NCBI GenBank assembly: GCA_000091205.1 | Contig: AP006498.2 | Strand: one strand, 5' to 3' | Length of the DNA stretch: 64,000 bases | Source of the DNA: Cyanidioschyzon merolae | Lineage: Eukaryota | In this document: positions 20,963 through 32,547 of the stretch, piece after piece | Layout: the number at the start of each line of letters is the position of its first letter | Numbering within the stretch: the first letter of the stretch is position 1 | The notes under the pieces: generated by a model | The model's database searches: none | What the model saw: the letters and a program-made list of their open reading frames with translations, nothing else | Told to the model about the DNA's origin: nothing | Translations under genes and position numbers: made by a program

Positions 20963-22182
20963 ATGAGTGCTACTGGTTCCCGATGGCATCCGCTCGCGTT
21001 GAATTCATCCCTGCACGTGGCAAAACGTGCGTATTCTTGTCGTTGATGCATGGACGGTGCGATGCAGCACCATTGCAAATACCCGCTGTTCCATATTGCT
21101 CCATGTTGTTGCGGGACAAGTTTGCTATCGAACGATCGCGAGCAGGGCGACGTTGCAAGTGGCCCAGCGCTTCCAAGAAGACGGACGATTAACTTTTAGC
21201 GTACGCCTACGCGCCACTCCATGTTTACCAAGCAGACAGATGTGTACTCAGTTCTACTCGAGGCCGCCGCCGCCGCCGTACACCCACTGCCCACATCAGA
21301 CATCGGTTGCGGTGTGCAAAACTGGACAAACCCTTGGCATGCGCCTGTGCCAGCTTGTGTTTGTCAGACGAAAGCACCTGGTCCCACTTTTGACCGCCAT
21401 GTCGCCGTATCGGACGCTGGCGTTGCCGCTCAGGTGCAGATATCACCCTTACTTTGCTCGACAGACGATCGCCGTTGCGACTACCACGTCACGGATACGA
21501 CTTGGCGGGAAAATGCGCGACACGCATGCAGGCAAGACCGATCGGAGACGGCGCACGTGCTGCTATGCGTGCACTGGACACGTATCTCCTTCGGTTACAA
21601 CGACGGATTCGTAGTTGAGTCCTCCTATTTACAGAGCTTCGTATTCGTCAAACCTGTCGTGAAGCATGTCCCGCAACCTCGAAACATTCGTCACTGAGAC
21701 TCACGAAAAGGCGCAGGCCACAGGAACTTCAGTTTCGGGGAATATTTCATCCAAAAAACGGCAGGAGTCAACCGGGGCGGATCGATCGGATTCCGAGCAT
21801 CGGCGAAGCCGTGGTCTACTACCCCCAATCTTGCATTTGGATGGCCTTTGCGGCGCTGACAACTTCGACGATGCATTCATGCACGGTTATATGAGCACAT
21901 GCAGTGCTGAGCGTCCATCCTGGCTCGACAACGTGGACTTTCTCGATTGTCTTTTGCCGTGCTTCGATGTTCTGCTCGACGAACAACCGCAATCACCTGC
22001 CGAGAACGATGAGCCGGCAGAACCAACTGATACTTTTTAGAGAATCTGTACAGGTTGCCTACGGGAATGTTTGGGTGCTTGGATTGGTCGCACGCAACCG
22101 AAACCGGCAACCGCAGCGCGTTCCGCGACAAACGCGGGATCCGCTCCGTACTCCAAACGAGTGACCGGGTTCTCTGGGATGC

Positions 22183-22201
22183 CACACACACACACACACA
22201 C
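22183..22201. repeat. (CA)9 dinucleotide microsatellite
   Basis: Direct read: cacacacacacacacacac. Confidence 0.9.
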
Positions 22202-24390
22202 CCGTTCGAGGGCGCTGTGACTGTCATGCATTGCTTGATCGCTGCAATTTGTGTGTCCTGATCATACGTTCCAATAATCCCGCTCAGGCCGGGTGTGGAA
22301 TGTGACGCTGCCTGGCCTCGAAGAGTTCCTCGCATGTTGCTGGCGGCCAAGAAACATGCAGGGTGATGTGTTCGCCCAGGCTCGCGCTCGGCAGGCGTTT
22401 CAAGTGCATCGCGTGCAACCGCGTTGCTAGCGCCCAAAGTTAGCAACTGAGGGTCCTCAAAGCGCTTACGTATAGAGCTTGTAAAGACTTGTTTCATCCA
22501 GCTTTGCAGGTGCTAGCGTTGTCACCAATCGAAACGAAGCACTCAGCTCCGTGGCTTCGCCTTTGTTGTGGAGTCGGCAAGAGCGGAAGAGCGTTGCCCG
22601 GCAGCGCCTTGTCGACTATTCTCGTAGCAGTCACGAAGCAACTTCAGAGGTTCCTGGCAAGCGGACCAGTCTCGGTCGTGCTCGCCAAGGCAGGCCTCTA
22701 GTCGCTCGTACGCCTCCCTGCACCCGTGCAACTCGAGAACCTGCTCTATATCGCAAGACGTCGACTCAGAGTTTGTACGCATTTTGTTCTATAGCATTCG
22801 AGATAGATACCGCCTGAGCCTAGACTTGTACGCTATCAAGCTCTTGACGCAGCGCGCTTGCCGAAATAGGTTTTAACGGCGAGTACGCAGTCGAACGGAT
22901 GAACGACGCGCGGTTGCAGGGGTCGGCGCGTCGCGGATGCTGCGCGCAGCTTCCAGCTCAAGATCGCTTCTCCGCAGTGCGGCATCGCCGCTACCACAGT
23001 TATGAAGACGATCTTGTCTCGCGATCCCGATAGAGCACAGTGTAGTGCCGGGACGGTGGACTTGCGGACCGACGATATCGATCCAAACCGTCGGTAGAAG
23101 AACGTCCGCTGCACCGATTGGTTGCTGTGATGCATATCAACTCGAAGTTCGGGCCTAAGAAGCACCTGGACTGGTGTCAGCGCTATGGAGTTCGAGAAAC
23201 TAGCACCACTTGGAGTTGGTAACGCGTGCCGCGCTGGGTTGACGGTCTCTGGGCTGTTTGTAAGTTCGGCAAGTTTTGATATGTCTGTCGAGGTACCAGC
23301 GTGCGCCTTGCTCTGGAGATTTTGTAGAGCGTCATGGATAGCTCGAAGCCACCATGAACGCTTGATTTTTTGAAGTAAACGTTCTGCTTCTCGGATTTTC
23401 GGTGGTGCACCCGACGAAAAGACCCGTAAGACCTGAGTACGCGAAAGGAAAACGTGACCAAGGAACATTATCCAAGTGTAGCATGAGCGTTCTCAGCGAT
23501 TGCCCACTTCTCCATCATCGTTCAAACCGTCGCTTGTTTTTCTAATGCCACGAGCTCGTGGCTGGCTCACATCGAACTAGGCAGCACCCCAGGTGCAATG
23601 ATCCCAAAATATCAACAGGATGATGCGCCCAGCGCTGCGGATGAAATCATTACGGTTCGATTGCATCGTCCAAAACGCCTGTTGGACAATGTTTACATCT
23701 GAAACGCTCCCAGAAGACTGAAATCAGAGAGCATGAGCTCTTTTAAGCGGCGCCTTCCGTCATGTGCCTGGATGAATCGCAGGCTCGCGGTGACGATCTC
23801 AAACCAAGAGACTGTCACGAGCGATCGTTGATCGAGGACGCCTGCAGGCTTTGGCACCACAGCGTTCCAGCCGGAATGCGCATCAGGCGTCCAGGTCGGG
23901 CTCGCTGAACGATGTCGTGCTGTTTCGACGAGACTGCTATATGGGAATCGACTTGCACGTTATCGCGAGTGGAGCAGTCTCTACATGCAGTCGCGATTGC
24001 TCATGCATGCGCGCGTTATCCTGAAACAAGCTTGGAAACGCAGGATCTGTTGCAGCGCTTCAGTGGGCCCGAAACGGCTTATTACAGGGTCGTTCACCCT
24101 GCAACTTTAGCTGAGACGCGCTACCACGAGTGTGATCCATCTATCGTCATTAGTATGATGAAAAAAAATTGCGCCTATTGCATTAACCAGTGATGCTTCC
24201 TACGGTCCATGATTCGAACGATTCACTTTTCCCATCCTTTTCCGTCAAGCACGAAATCCGGGTGGAAAATACGCTTGCAGCATCCTTATATCACAACTTG
24301 AGCCTAGAGGTTGCACGCGCGAGTCCATCCATCATTGTCCGTGGAGAGTAGCCGCTGGAAAGGGCATTCCATTTCCGACGCCGCAGTCAG

Positions 24391-25255
24391 CACGAATGTC
24401 AGACATAAATGGGAGGGATCCACGAATAGAACGCGGGCGGTGGCTCTGAAATTAGTGTGCCTCGCAATGCCACTGGCACCAGCGTTGGCGGGCCTATGCT
24501 GCGACTGCGTCCTAGTCCCCGCTCCGCCATCTCCGACTTGGAATACGCAAGTCGCTCGCATGCCCCCGATTCCTTCAGTAGGAATCTGGTGATTTCGGTG
24601 GCAGCCTCCGGGCGCCGATGTCGCAGTTCCCGACTGTTGTCGACGCGTTTCGTGTGCAGACGATGGTTGCATCTATGCGTTGCGTGTCATTCACATGCGC
24701 CTTACATTCAGCCTCACTGCGACCTTCGCAACCGGGTGACACCTGACTTTGGACGCGTTTCCCCGTATGCCTACATCATGCTGTCCTGACCCAAAGGCCA
24801 CGAAGACGTTGCGCGTGAACACTTGCTGCATCTCTCGGTACACGCTTTGTACGTGTACAGAAGGCTCGCCTCGATGCCCGCCTGAACGTTTGCGCCCGGT
24901 GCTGCGCGCTACGATCACGGGTTTCTTCTGGGCGATCCTGTAGGGCGCGTATACTGTCCGCTACACGCGCTCGCTCTTCTACTCGCAAAGCGATTTCTGG
25001 GAAGCGAAGTTGACCGTGATGTACCGAGCACCGGAGGGGAATCCTTGCTGAAGATCAAGCAGCGTAATAAGGATGCGTCTAGGCTCCCTGCATTCGTGCA
25101 GAGCTTCGATGCATGCTGCCATGCAAGCGATCGCTGCGATGACTCAAGTCCACGCCCGAGACCCATTTTCACGCGAACAGAAGAGACCAGAGCGCCTGGA
25201 AGCATATTCCGTGGTAGGTATCATGCCATTGGCGAATGTCGTTTCGCCGATGGCG
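24391..25255. repeat. Left arm of inverted repeat pair B (~865 bp), reverse complement of 29270..30133
   Basis: ORF translations 24304..24672(-), 24457..24789(+), 24691..24918(-), 24915..25205(-) and 25045..25359(+) recur on the opposite strand at 29852..30313(+), 29735..30067(-), 29606..29833(+), 29319..29609(+) and 29132..29479(-). Boundaries come from direct reverse-complement comparison of the sequence and show a few mismatches only. Confidence 0.85.
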
Positions 25256-25870
25256 ACTCGGAAATTCGGATTTGTCTTTCGAACGGAAGCGATTACTTGA
25301 CTTGCCAAAGCTCAGCCAACCCTCTGCATGAATCTGTTCAACAAGTCGTCTCGAGATGAGGTATAGCTCTTTCTCGTCGTCATTCCGGCGGCGCGAAACT
25401 CTTCAACGAAGAGTGCCTATGGAAGCGAACGATCGAAAACTTCAATAACCCGTGATTTGAGCACGCTACTAGCCATGAAAGCAGTAGAGTGCGGACTTGT
25501 ACACCTGAATAGGATCATGGTATTCAATGTTTTACAAACCCTTGTTCGAAGTCGTCGCGTATCATCTTGATTCCTATGACGTGAGGAATTCCAGACGCAA
25601 AGCGTTGAAGCAGCCACCCACTGAAAAACAGCCGCGAATCCTTAGAAGTCGTACGAATCCATACGCCGTGATTCCTAGACTTTGAATACCGACGCTTTGC
25701 ATCTATACATGGACCGGGAGCAAATCGAATTGCAGGAACCGAGCGAGCAGCCCAATATTCCTCATAAATCCGACACGGGCATAGCGTGCGGTCGAACACG
25801 GGTCAGTGGTGGAGCATCCGCTGGATGCACCTGTCCTGGCGATCGCCAAGTCGATACTGTTTGCCTATCT

Positions 25871-27520
25871 TTAGAGTATAAAGAAACGCACAATGCGTTC
25901 AGCATAGGGACGGACCAGTTCCAGCTGCTGAACGATGTCATTCTTGATAACCAGGTTCACGAAGATGTAGGCCGCGATGACAGCAAGTGCCAAGCGACCG
26001 AGAACTTTCTCCGCCAGACCGGAACGGACAACATCCCGTACGTTCGTACGGATCCAGGTCACGAGCTCCTCGTCGCTCATGACACTAAGCTGCTCCCGAA
26101 TGAGTTTCAGTTCATCGGCCAGTGGCTTTGGAGCAATCGTGCCTGTTGTCTTGTCGTTTTCAAGCACCGGAGGTTTTGTGTCGGATATGGACCGAGCGCT
26201 TGCCGACCAGTCTCTGGTGTTAGCGTCGATGGGCACTTGCGTTGTGCTTGCTGCGCGCATGTCTTGAATGCTTTGTTGTAAACGAAACACGACATCCTCG
26301 CGTTTCTTGAGTCGCTCAACAGCCGCCTTCCAGAGCTTCGCACCCTCGGTTTCGGCGGTGTAGAGCTCACCGTCCCAATCGTAGCCACCAGTGAAAAGCT
26401 GGGAGAGTTCGCGGCGCAAGTTTTCGTCGAGAGGGCGCCCACGTAGACTTGTTATCCCACGCTTTTCTGCTTCTCGAATTGAGAATTCCGCATCTGGGTT
26501 CGACGGATCCAAGATTCCTTCTAGGAAGGGCGCCAGCGCCTTTCTCGCTGAAGCAAGGTCCTCGACTGCTGCTTCCATAAAGGCGCGACGTTGTTCAGGA
26601 GTGGCCAGTCGCATGGCGCGCTCTGCCTCTTCCGTGGGTTGCTCCGTCAGTTTCGATAGGGACGCATATTTGCACAGAATGGCTTCAATGTCGAGCCTCT
26701 CGCTTTTCAGCTTCTGTTCGAACTCACTAAAGTTACGCTTGCATATCTCCTCCAGCTTCCGCTCAAACTCTTCTTGATATGTTTCCCAGGACAGTTGGGG
26801 GTCTTCAGTGATCACCTCGTCATCGGGACGCCCGAGCGCCGCCAAACGTCGCTGGAACTGAGCCCAAGCCGTCGCTACACCACTTGCCACGGCAGCTGTC
26901 TCCGAGGCGTGCTCGGTGTGGATACGCCGCAGTGCTGTTTCGAGCTGTGCGCTTGTCATCTTCAGAGTCTTGTTTGCCTGCTCGCGGCTGTAGCCCATGA
27001 ACGCGTTTGCGCGCGCAGCTAGATACAAGAGCTGCAAGCGCAAAAGCAACAACAAGTTGCCGAAAACGCGAATCACGAGCGCTGCTGTATGCTGCGGCTC
27101 AGCCTCGCTGGACGGATCTCTAGTCCAGAAAGCGCTCTGCGTTCGTGAAGATAACTCTGGTTGCGTGCCCCTGACGTGACGCACGCGATCGCCGGCAAAG
27201 GTTCCAGATTTGACAAGGTTTCGAGATAGCGTTCCGACCTGTGCCCTGAATTCACGAGCGACTCGAGTTCCAGCGTTCGCGAAATAGCGTAACGCCTGTG
27301 ATGCGATGCTCAAAAACTTCTGACTCGCCTCGTGGAACAGGCTTACATTCGCACTGGCCACGACGAGGAGCGCTGCTGAGATAATCAAGAAGAAGAGTAG
27401 CGGAATGATGTTGGCGAGGGCTTTCCTGTTCGACGGCGATACTGAAGCACCAGAGGGATTCGTCACGATCATGGCTATTGTTGCCCGTTGAGCTTCGACT
27501 CGTGCATTGGTGTAGAGCAT
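25871..27520 (-). CDS. Coiled-coil membrane protein with N-terminal signal-anchor-like helix and C-terminal transmembrane tail (function unknown)
   Basis: It lies within the 735-aa ORF 25871..28078. The first ~186 aa of that ORF look like non-coding read-through. From the Met at ~27520 (MLYTNARVEAQRATIAMIVTNPSG...) there is a hydrophobic helix (IIPLLFFLIISAALLVVASA), then about 400 aa of heptad-like charged sequence, and a C-terminal hydrophobic anchor (LALAVIAAYIFVNLVI). No enzymatic motif is recognised. Confidence 0.45.
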   Translation of the reverse strand: MLYTNARVEAQRATIAMIVTNPSGASVSPSNRKALANIIPLLFFLIISAALLVVASANVSLFHEASQKFLSIASQALRYFANAGTRVAREFRAQVGTLSRNLVKSGTFAGDRVRHVRGTQPELSSRTQSAFWTRDPSSEAEPQHTAALVIRVFGNLLLLLRLQLLYLAARANAFMGYSREQANKTLKMTSAQLETALRRIHTEHASETAAVASGVATAWAQFQRRLAALGRPDDEVITEDPQLSWETYQEEFERKLEEICKRNFSEFEQKLKSERLDIEAILCKYASLSKLTEQPTEEAERAMRLATPEQRRAFMEAAVEDLASARKALAPFLEGILDPSNPDAEFSIREAEKRGITSLRGRPLDENLRRELSQLFTGGYDWDGELYTAETEGAKLWKAAVERLKKREDVVFRLQQSIQDMRAASTTQVPIDANTRDWSASARSISDTKPPVLENDKTTGTIAPKPLADELKLIREQLSVMSDEELVTWIRTNVRDVVRSGLAEKVLGRLALAVIAAYIFVNLVIKNDIVQQLELVRPYAERIVRFFIL

Positions 27521-28269
27521 GCTCGCCGTCGACGCTCGAGTCTCTCCCGGGAACGGGTCACCACTAGGGATAGATACCGCTCGGCAGCATGCAGCAGTCC
27601 TTGCCTTCTTTGCGCAACCATGACGCTGTATGGTCACCATCGCGCGCCTTTTGCGAGCATAGCTATCTGTTTCAGAAAATTTTTCCCCAGAGAGCAACTT
27701 AGTTTGAAGCTTGATCCTTTTGTGCACAGTGCGTTTCGGCGCCTGCTCGTTCAATTTTCGTACGAAATAAGGCTCACGGAATGCAAATACACTCAGCAGG
27801 TCTTTGCGTCGATGCTCGGACTTGAGCGTCAATCGCCATCGACAAGGCAGCGCGTTTTCGCAAAAGCGCCACGTGCGTATACCTCCTAAAAACGAACAGA
27901 GAAAGCCGTTTCGTGTGGCGGCATTCTTGCTTATCGTAAACTCGGCCCCTAAACTTTGTTTTGCCGGTTGGAAAACGCGCAACCGTTCGCTTGTGGTTGC
28001 TAGCGACCCTGGGTTCGCTGCCCGCTCGCCAGCACCGAGCAGCCCCAGTGACTGGTGCAGCCAAGCTAACTCGCCCATGGTATGTGCACGTTCACCTCAG
28101 CTTCTAGTTTCTTTCGCACACGATGTCTCTGCATGAGGCTGAACCGTCGCCCCTCGTATCCTATGAAACGTACTTTTGAGCGTTTCCGCGCACCCAGCAC
28201 TGCCTTCGCCGCCCTAGCACTATTCAAAAGCGCGCTCTTTGAGCGGCCTTCAAATCGGCAATCCGTAAG

Positions 28270-28895
28270 AGCATCCGCGCGATCGACGATGACTGCTGAG
28301 CACTCAGCGATGCCTAGGTCAGACTTGTCTCAAATGCAAGTCTTTCACCTCAATTGTGTTCCACAGCTAGGCGCTTGTCATGAACTGCTTTTTCGCGGTT
28401 TATAGGCGACGCCTTCCAAATGCGTCCATTTGATGACATGAAAAGGCTAAGGGGAAGGTATGGACATGCAGGAGGGGGTTTCGAGGGACCGATGTTGCCG
28501 TGTGCTGGGAGAAGTACGAAAAATATCCCCTTTTCACGGACTATCAAGCAAAGAAGAGCAAGTGACGTAGAAGAGTACGAAAAGAGCATCCGCGCGATCG
28601 ACGATGACTGATGAGCACTCAGCGATGCCTAGGTCAGACTTGTCTCAAATGCAAGTCTTTCACCTCAATTGTGTTCCACAGCTAGGCGCTTGTCATGAAC
28701 TGCTTTTTCGCGGTTTATAGGCGACGCCTTCCAAATGCGTCCATTTGATGACATGAAAAGGCTAAGGGGAAGGTATGGACATGCAGGAGGGGGTTTCGAG
28801 GGACCGATGTTGCCGTGTGCTGGGTGAAGTACGAAAAATATCCCCTTTTCACGGACTATCAAGCAAAGAAGAGCAAGTGACGTAGAAGAGTACGA
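28270..28895. repeat. Tandem duplication, 2 copies of a ~313-bp unit
   Basis: The stretch agcatccgcgcgatcgacgatgactg[c/a]tgagcactcagcgatgcctaggtcagacttgtctcaaatgcaagtctttcacctcaattgtgttccacagctaggcgcttgtcatgaactgc...aagagcaagtgacgtagaagagtacgaa occurs at 28270..28583 and again at 28584..28895. Identical peptides appear in ORFs 28350..28589(-) and 28665..29096(-). Confidence 0.85.
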
Positions 28896-29269
28896 AGAAA
28901 GAGAGTGGAGATAGACGAGGAAGGTTTTCGTCCCACGAGCCAATGACGGGGCTGTAATGGCACAAAGGACAAGCGTTCGAGGAATCCTTACAGAGGTGAA
29001 TCGAATCAGCTGCACTGCATACATGAAATTCGTAAAACGAGACTTCAAAGCCGCCATCAATGTCAGACGATGTCTGGTACTGAAGACGAGACCCACTGAG
29101 CTGAACCGAGAGAACTTCTTGAGGCGTCAGCTCAGACTCGAAGTTTGCGCGGAGAAACTGAAACCAATAGCAGGCGGCCGGTCCAAAAAGCAGGCAGACC
29201 TCTGCGAAAGGATGCGCGTATACAACCTACGTGATCGCGAGCTGCTCTTCTTTTTGCCGACCATAGATA

Positions 29270-30133
29270 AGATTCGGTGAAACGACATTTGCCAATGGCA
29301 TGATACCTACCACGGAATATGCTTCCAGGCGCTATGGTCTCTTCTGTTCGCGTGAAAATGGGTCTCGGGCGTGGACTTGAGTCATCGCAGCGATCGCTTG
29401 CATGGCAGCATGCATCGAAGCTCTGCACGAATGCAGGGAGCCTAGACGCATCCTTATTACGCTGCTTGATCTTCAGCAAGGATTCCCCTCCGGTGCTCGG
29501 TACATCACGGTCAACTTCGCTTCCCAGAAATCGCTTTGCGAGTAGAAGAGCGAGCGCGTGTAGCGGACAGTATACGCGCCCTACAGGATCGCCCAGAAGA
29601 AACCCGTGATCGTAGCGCGCAGCACCGGGCGCAAACGTTCAGGCGGGCATCGAGGCGAGCCTTCTGTACACGTACAAAGCGTGTACCGAGAGATGCAGCA
29701 AGTGTTCACGCGCAACGTCTTCGTGGCCTTTGGGTCAGGACAGCATGCTGTAGGCATACGGGGAAACGCGTCCAAAGTCAGGTGTCACCCGGTTGCGAAG
29801 GTCGCAGTGAGGCTGAATGTAAGGCGCATGTGAATGACACGCAACGCATAGATGCAACCATCGTCTGCACACGAAACGCGTCGACAACAGTCGGGAACTG
29901 CGACATCGGCGCCCGGAGGCTGCCACCGAAATCACCAGATTCCTACTGAAGGAATCGGGGGCATGCGAGCGACTTGCGTATTCCAAGTCGGAGATGGCGG
30001 AGCGGGGACTAGGACGCAGTCGCAGCATAGGCCCGCCAACGCTGGTGCCAGTGGCATTGCGAGGCACACTAATTTCAGAGCCACCGCCCGCGTTCTATTC
30101 GTGGATCCCTCCCATTTATGTCTGACATTCGTG
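29270..30133. repeat. Right arm of inverted repeat pair B
   Basis: See the left arm. The outer junction is at 30133 (..tctgacattcgtg) versus 24391 (cacgaatgtcaga..). Confidence 0.85.
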
Positions 30134-30775
30134 AAGAGCGCGCCGCGTCGACTACTTTGCCGCGATGCGCGCCGCTTTCGTGGCGACGGTGTCGCGGATA
30201 CTCGCAGGCACACGACCTTCGGTGGATCGTTGCCATCCCAGGCACGTCCGCTGGCAATCGTTCGGCCATGTATGCGACGCATCACGAGTTCCGCCTGGAA
30301 TGTGAAGCGATGAACGCCATCCGATCGCGATCATAGGATCGACATCGATGCCCTGAAATCCACACACAGCATCTCATACGCTTGCCTGACCGTGCTCCCT
30401 TTACCCCAGCGATCTGGTATCCAGAACAGATGCCGTCTCTTCGCCGAGGCACCTTCCATGACGCAGAACCTCTAACCCGCGCCTACGCTCTCTCCCTAGT
30501 TCCATCGGTCCTATTCAAAGCTCGCCGATACCGAATTGATAAATGTCATAGTTTGTGCGCTGCACCAAGAGTGCAGGTCGGGCGAGATGGATTCGCGCTT
30601 CCACCGCGTCGGCTGCTTGCCGTCGTCAGCGCTGGAACGACGCGGCACCTTCGCGCAGCAGGGCGATCTTGTGGCGCTCGTCGCCCGCGCAGGCTGCTGG
30701 GCAGCGTGAGCAGCCAGCGGATACGATCCCGTCGTACACAGCTGCAGCGGTACGAGGTATTCTGGTTGTAATTCG

Positions 30776-31558
30776 GTGATCAGGGTGTTCAAGATGTTCG
30801 GGTTTGTTATCCCAGCGAATAGGGCGAGGTTGCACCTTCACTACCCACAACCGAAGAACAATAACGGTTGTGTCTCAAGGCGTCGGTTAGGAGCGCTGCA
30901 AAAACCGCAGCTGCGCAAGCCCTGCCCGGTGGTCGCGTGCGCTCCGGGCAACAATACGCCGCCGTCGGTACCCGAAAAGACTACGGCTCGTCTGTCGCTC
31001 GCGCAGCGCTTGTCGATACCGCTGCTTACGATGACGACAACGATACCTGGCGTTGTTCTGGCTGCAGAGGAAACGGCGGCCCCGGAGTCACCTCTGAAAG
31101 CGCTCTTCAAAAGCTTGCCGCTGTCGCTTGTGCATCCACTGGTCATGGACGGTGTCCTGCTCGGAACGCTGTACGCATTCTATCTGGGGTACCAGGCGCG
31201 TACGATGCGTACGACCAAAGACAAGGAACTGAAGATGAAGCTGGCGCAGGCCAAACCCGGCGATCGGCACTATCAAATCGCGAGCATCCTTCTCGCCGTG
31301 ATGACGGTGACCACATTCGAGGGCATGGCCAATACGTACACTCGTACTGGGAAACTCTTTCCGGGACCGCATCTGTACGTTGGTCTGGCCTCGGTGGCGC
31401 TCATGAGCATGATGGCTAGCCTGGCACCGGCGATGCGGCGGGGGAATACCGCAGCGCGCAACGCACATTTTGCCATGGCGTTCGCAGTTACTGGCGGGCT
31501 TGTCTGGCAGCTTCAGAGCGGTTTCGAAATCGTGCTTAAGCTTTTAGGATGGAAGTAG
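30776..31558 (+). CDS. Small multi-pass membrane protein (about 4 TM helices in the C-terminal 150 aa) with a basic/hydroxylated N-terminal extension; DUF4079-like by recall, uncertain
   Basis: Helices: VHPLVMDGVLLGTLYAFYLGY, IASILLAVMTVTTFEGMA, GPHLYVGLASVALMSMMASL and FAMAFAVTGGLVWQL. The N-terminal 90 aa are rich in R, S, T and P, resembling an organellar targeting sequence. The start is uncertain (alternatives MFGFV... or MTTTIPG...). Confidence 0.4.
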   Translation: MIRVFKMFGFVIPANRARLHLHYPQPKNNNGCVSRRRLGALQKPQLRKPCPVVACAPGNNTPPSVPEKTTARLSLAQRLSIPLLTMTTTIPGVVLAAEETAAPESPLKALFKSLPLSLVHPLVMDGVLLGTLYAFYLGYQARTMRTTKDKELKMKLAQAKPGDRHYQIASILLAVMTVTTFEGMANTYTRTGKLFPGPHLYVGLASVALMSMMASLAPAMRRGNTAARNAHFAMAFAVTGGLVWQLQSGFEIVLKLLGWK

Positions 31559-32547
31559 ATTGAGGTCCATCGTAAAGTGCTGTCGCAGGATCATGACAAC
31601 ATGATCGCAGCCGAGAAAAAGCGATCGACATAGAAGCACCAGAGCAGCATCACTCGGGCGGAGCGGTGATTTTCCCGCGCGACACGCATCGCATCATGCG
31701 TGTCTGCGCACGGATGCCGGCACCGATGCGTGCACACGTGCACGCATGTCATTCGAGTCGACAGCACACCGGCCGCACCTCGCCGGATGATGATACTTTG
31801 GAGCGCTTTACTTTTGATGATGCCTAGTTAAAGTTGCGAGCCAGTGCCTAGTTGTCATCGCTAAAATGCTGCGACGGCATGACGGGTAACGCACCGTTGC
31901 ATTGCAGCAACTGAGACGAGATGTTTCGGACCCGGCGCCTCGCTGAACACCGGTACAGCGCAGTCGCGAGTCGATCCGAACCAAACCATGCAACCAGTGA
32001 TTCGGACTGAGTATCCTCAGAAGCGAGCGACGCTTCGCTGTGGAGCTGCTCGCACGCCATTCTATGCCATTCGTGACACAGAGCGCCACGCGTACCATCC
32101 TGAATGCCCACATGAACTGCAAGGACTTGCCGGACCGTGAAATCCAGTGTAGATAGCGCCGGGCACCAGAAACGTCATATCCATTGCAACTGTCCTATCT
32201 GCAAAGTAATCATAATCATGACGTAAAAAGCTGTAGGTGCGGAGCTGCAACCCTAGACGCTGCATGCGCAGGCAGACGAGACAAGTGTCCACGCGGACTC
32301 CGACGAAGCTTGCTGCGTCGGGCTCTCGATCCGAGTAAACCGGATACGGCATCGTGTCGGCTCGCTTAAGTTATTTATGATCTTGGGAGCGTCACGGCTG
32401 GTCTGACCTCCTACACTGCGAAGTGTGTATAGATTCGCTGTCTGGTGGACCAAGGTTTTCAGGGTTACTGCTCGGGTCGTCTGGTACACGAACGGGCTCG
32501 TATCGTGGCCCAGCACTAACTTCAGCGCTGCGCCAGCATCCAGCGAT

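Noticed and set aside
22836-23468. 210-aa minus-strand ORF as a gene
   Set aside because: No motif, unremarkable composition, and a size within the range of random ORFs for this GC content. It is left unannotated.
31680-31760. Imperfect palindrome / E-box-containing segment (catgcgtg...gcgtgcacacgtgcacgcatg)
   Set aside because: It is short and imperfect. In a 60% GC sequence such near-palindromes are expected by chance. No flanking feature gives it context.
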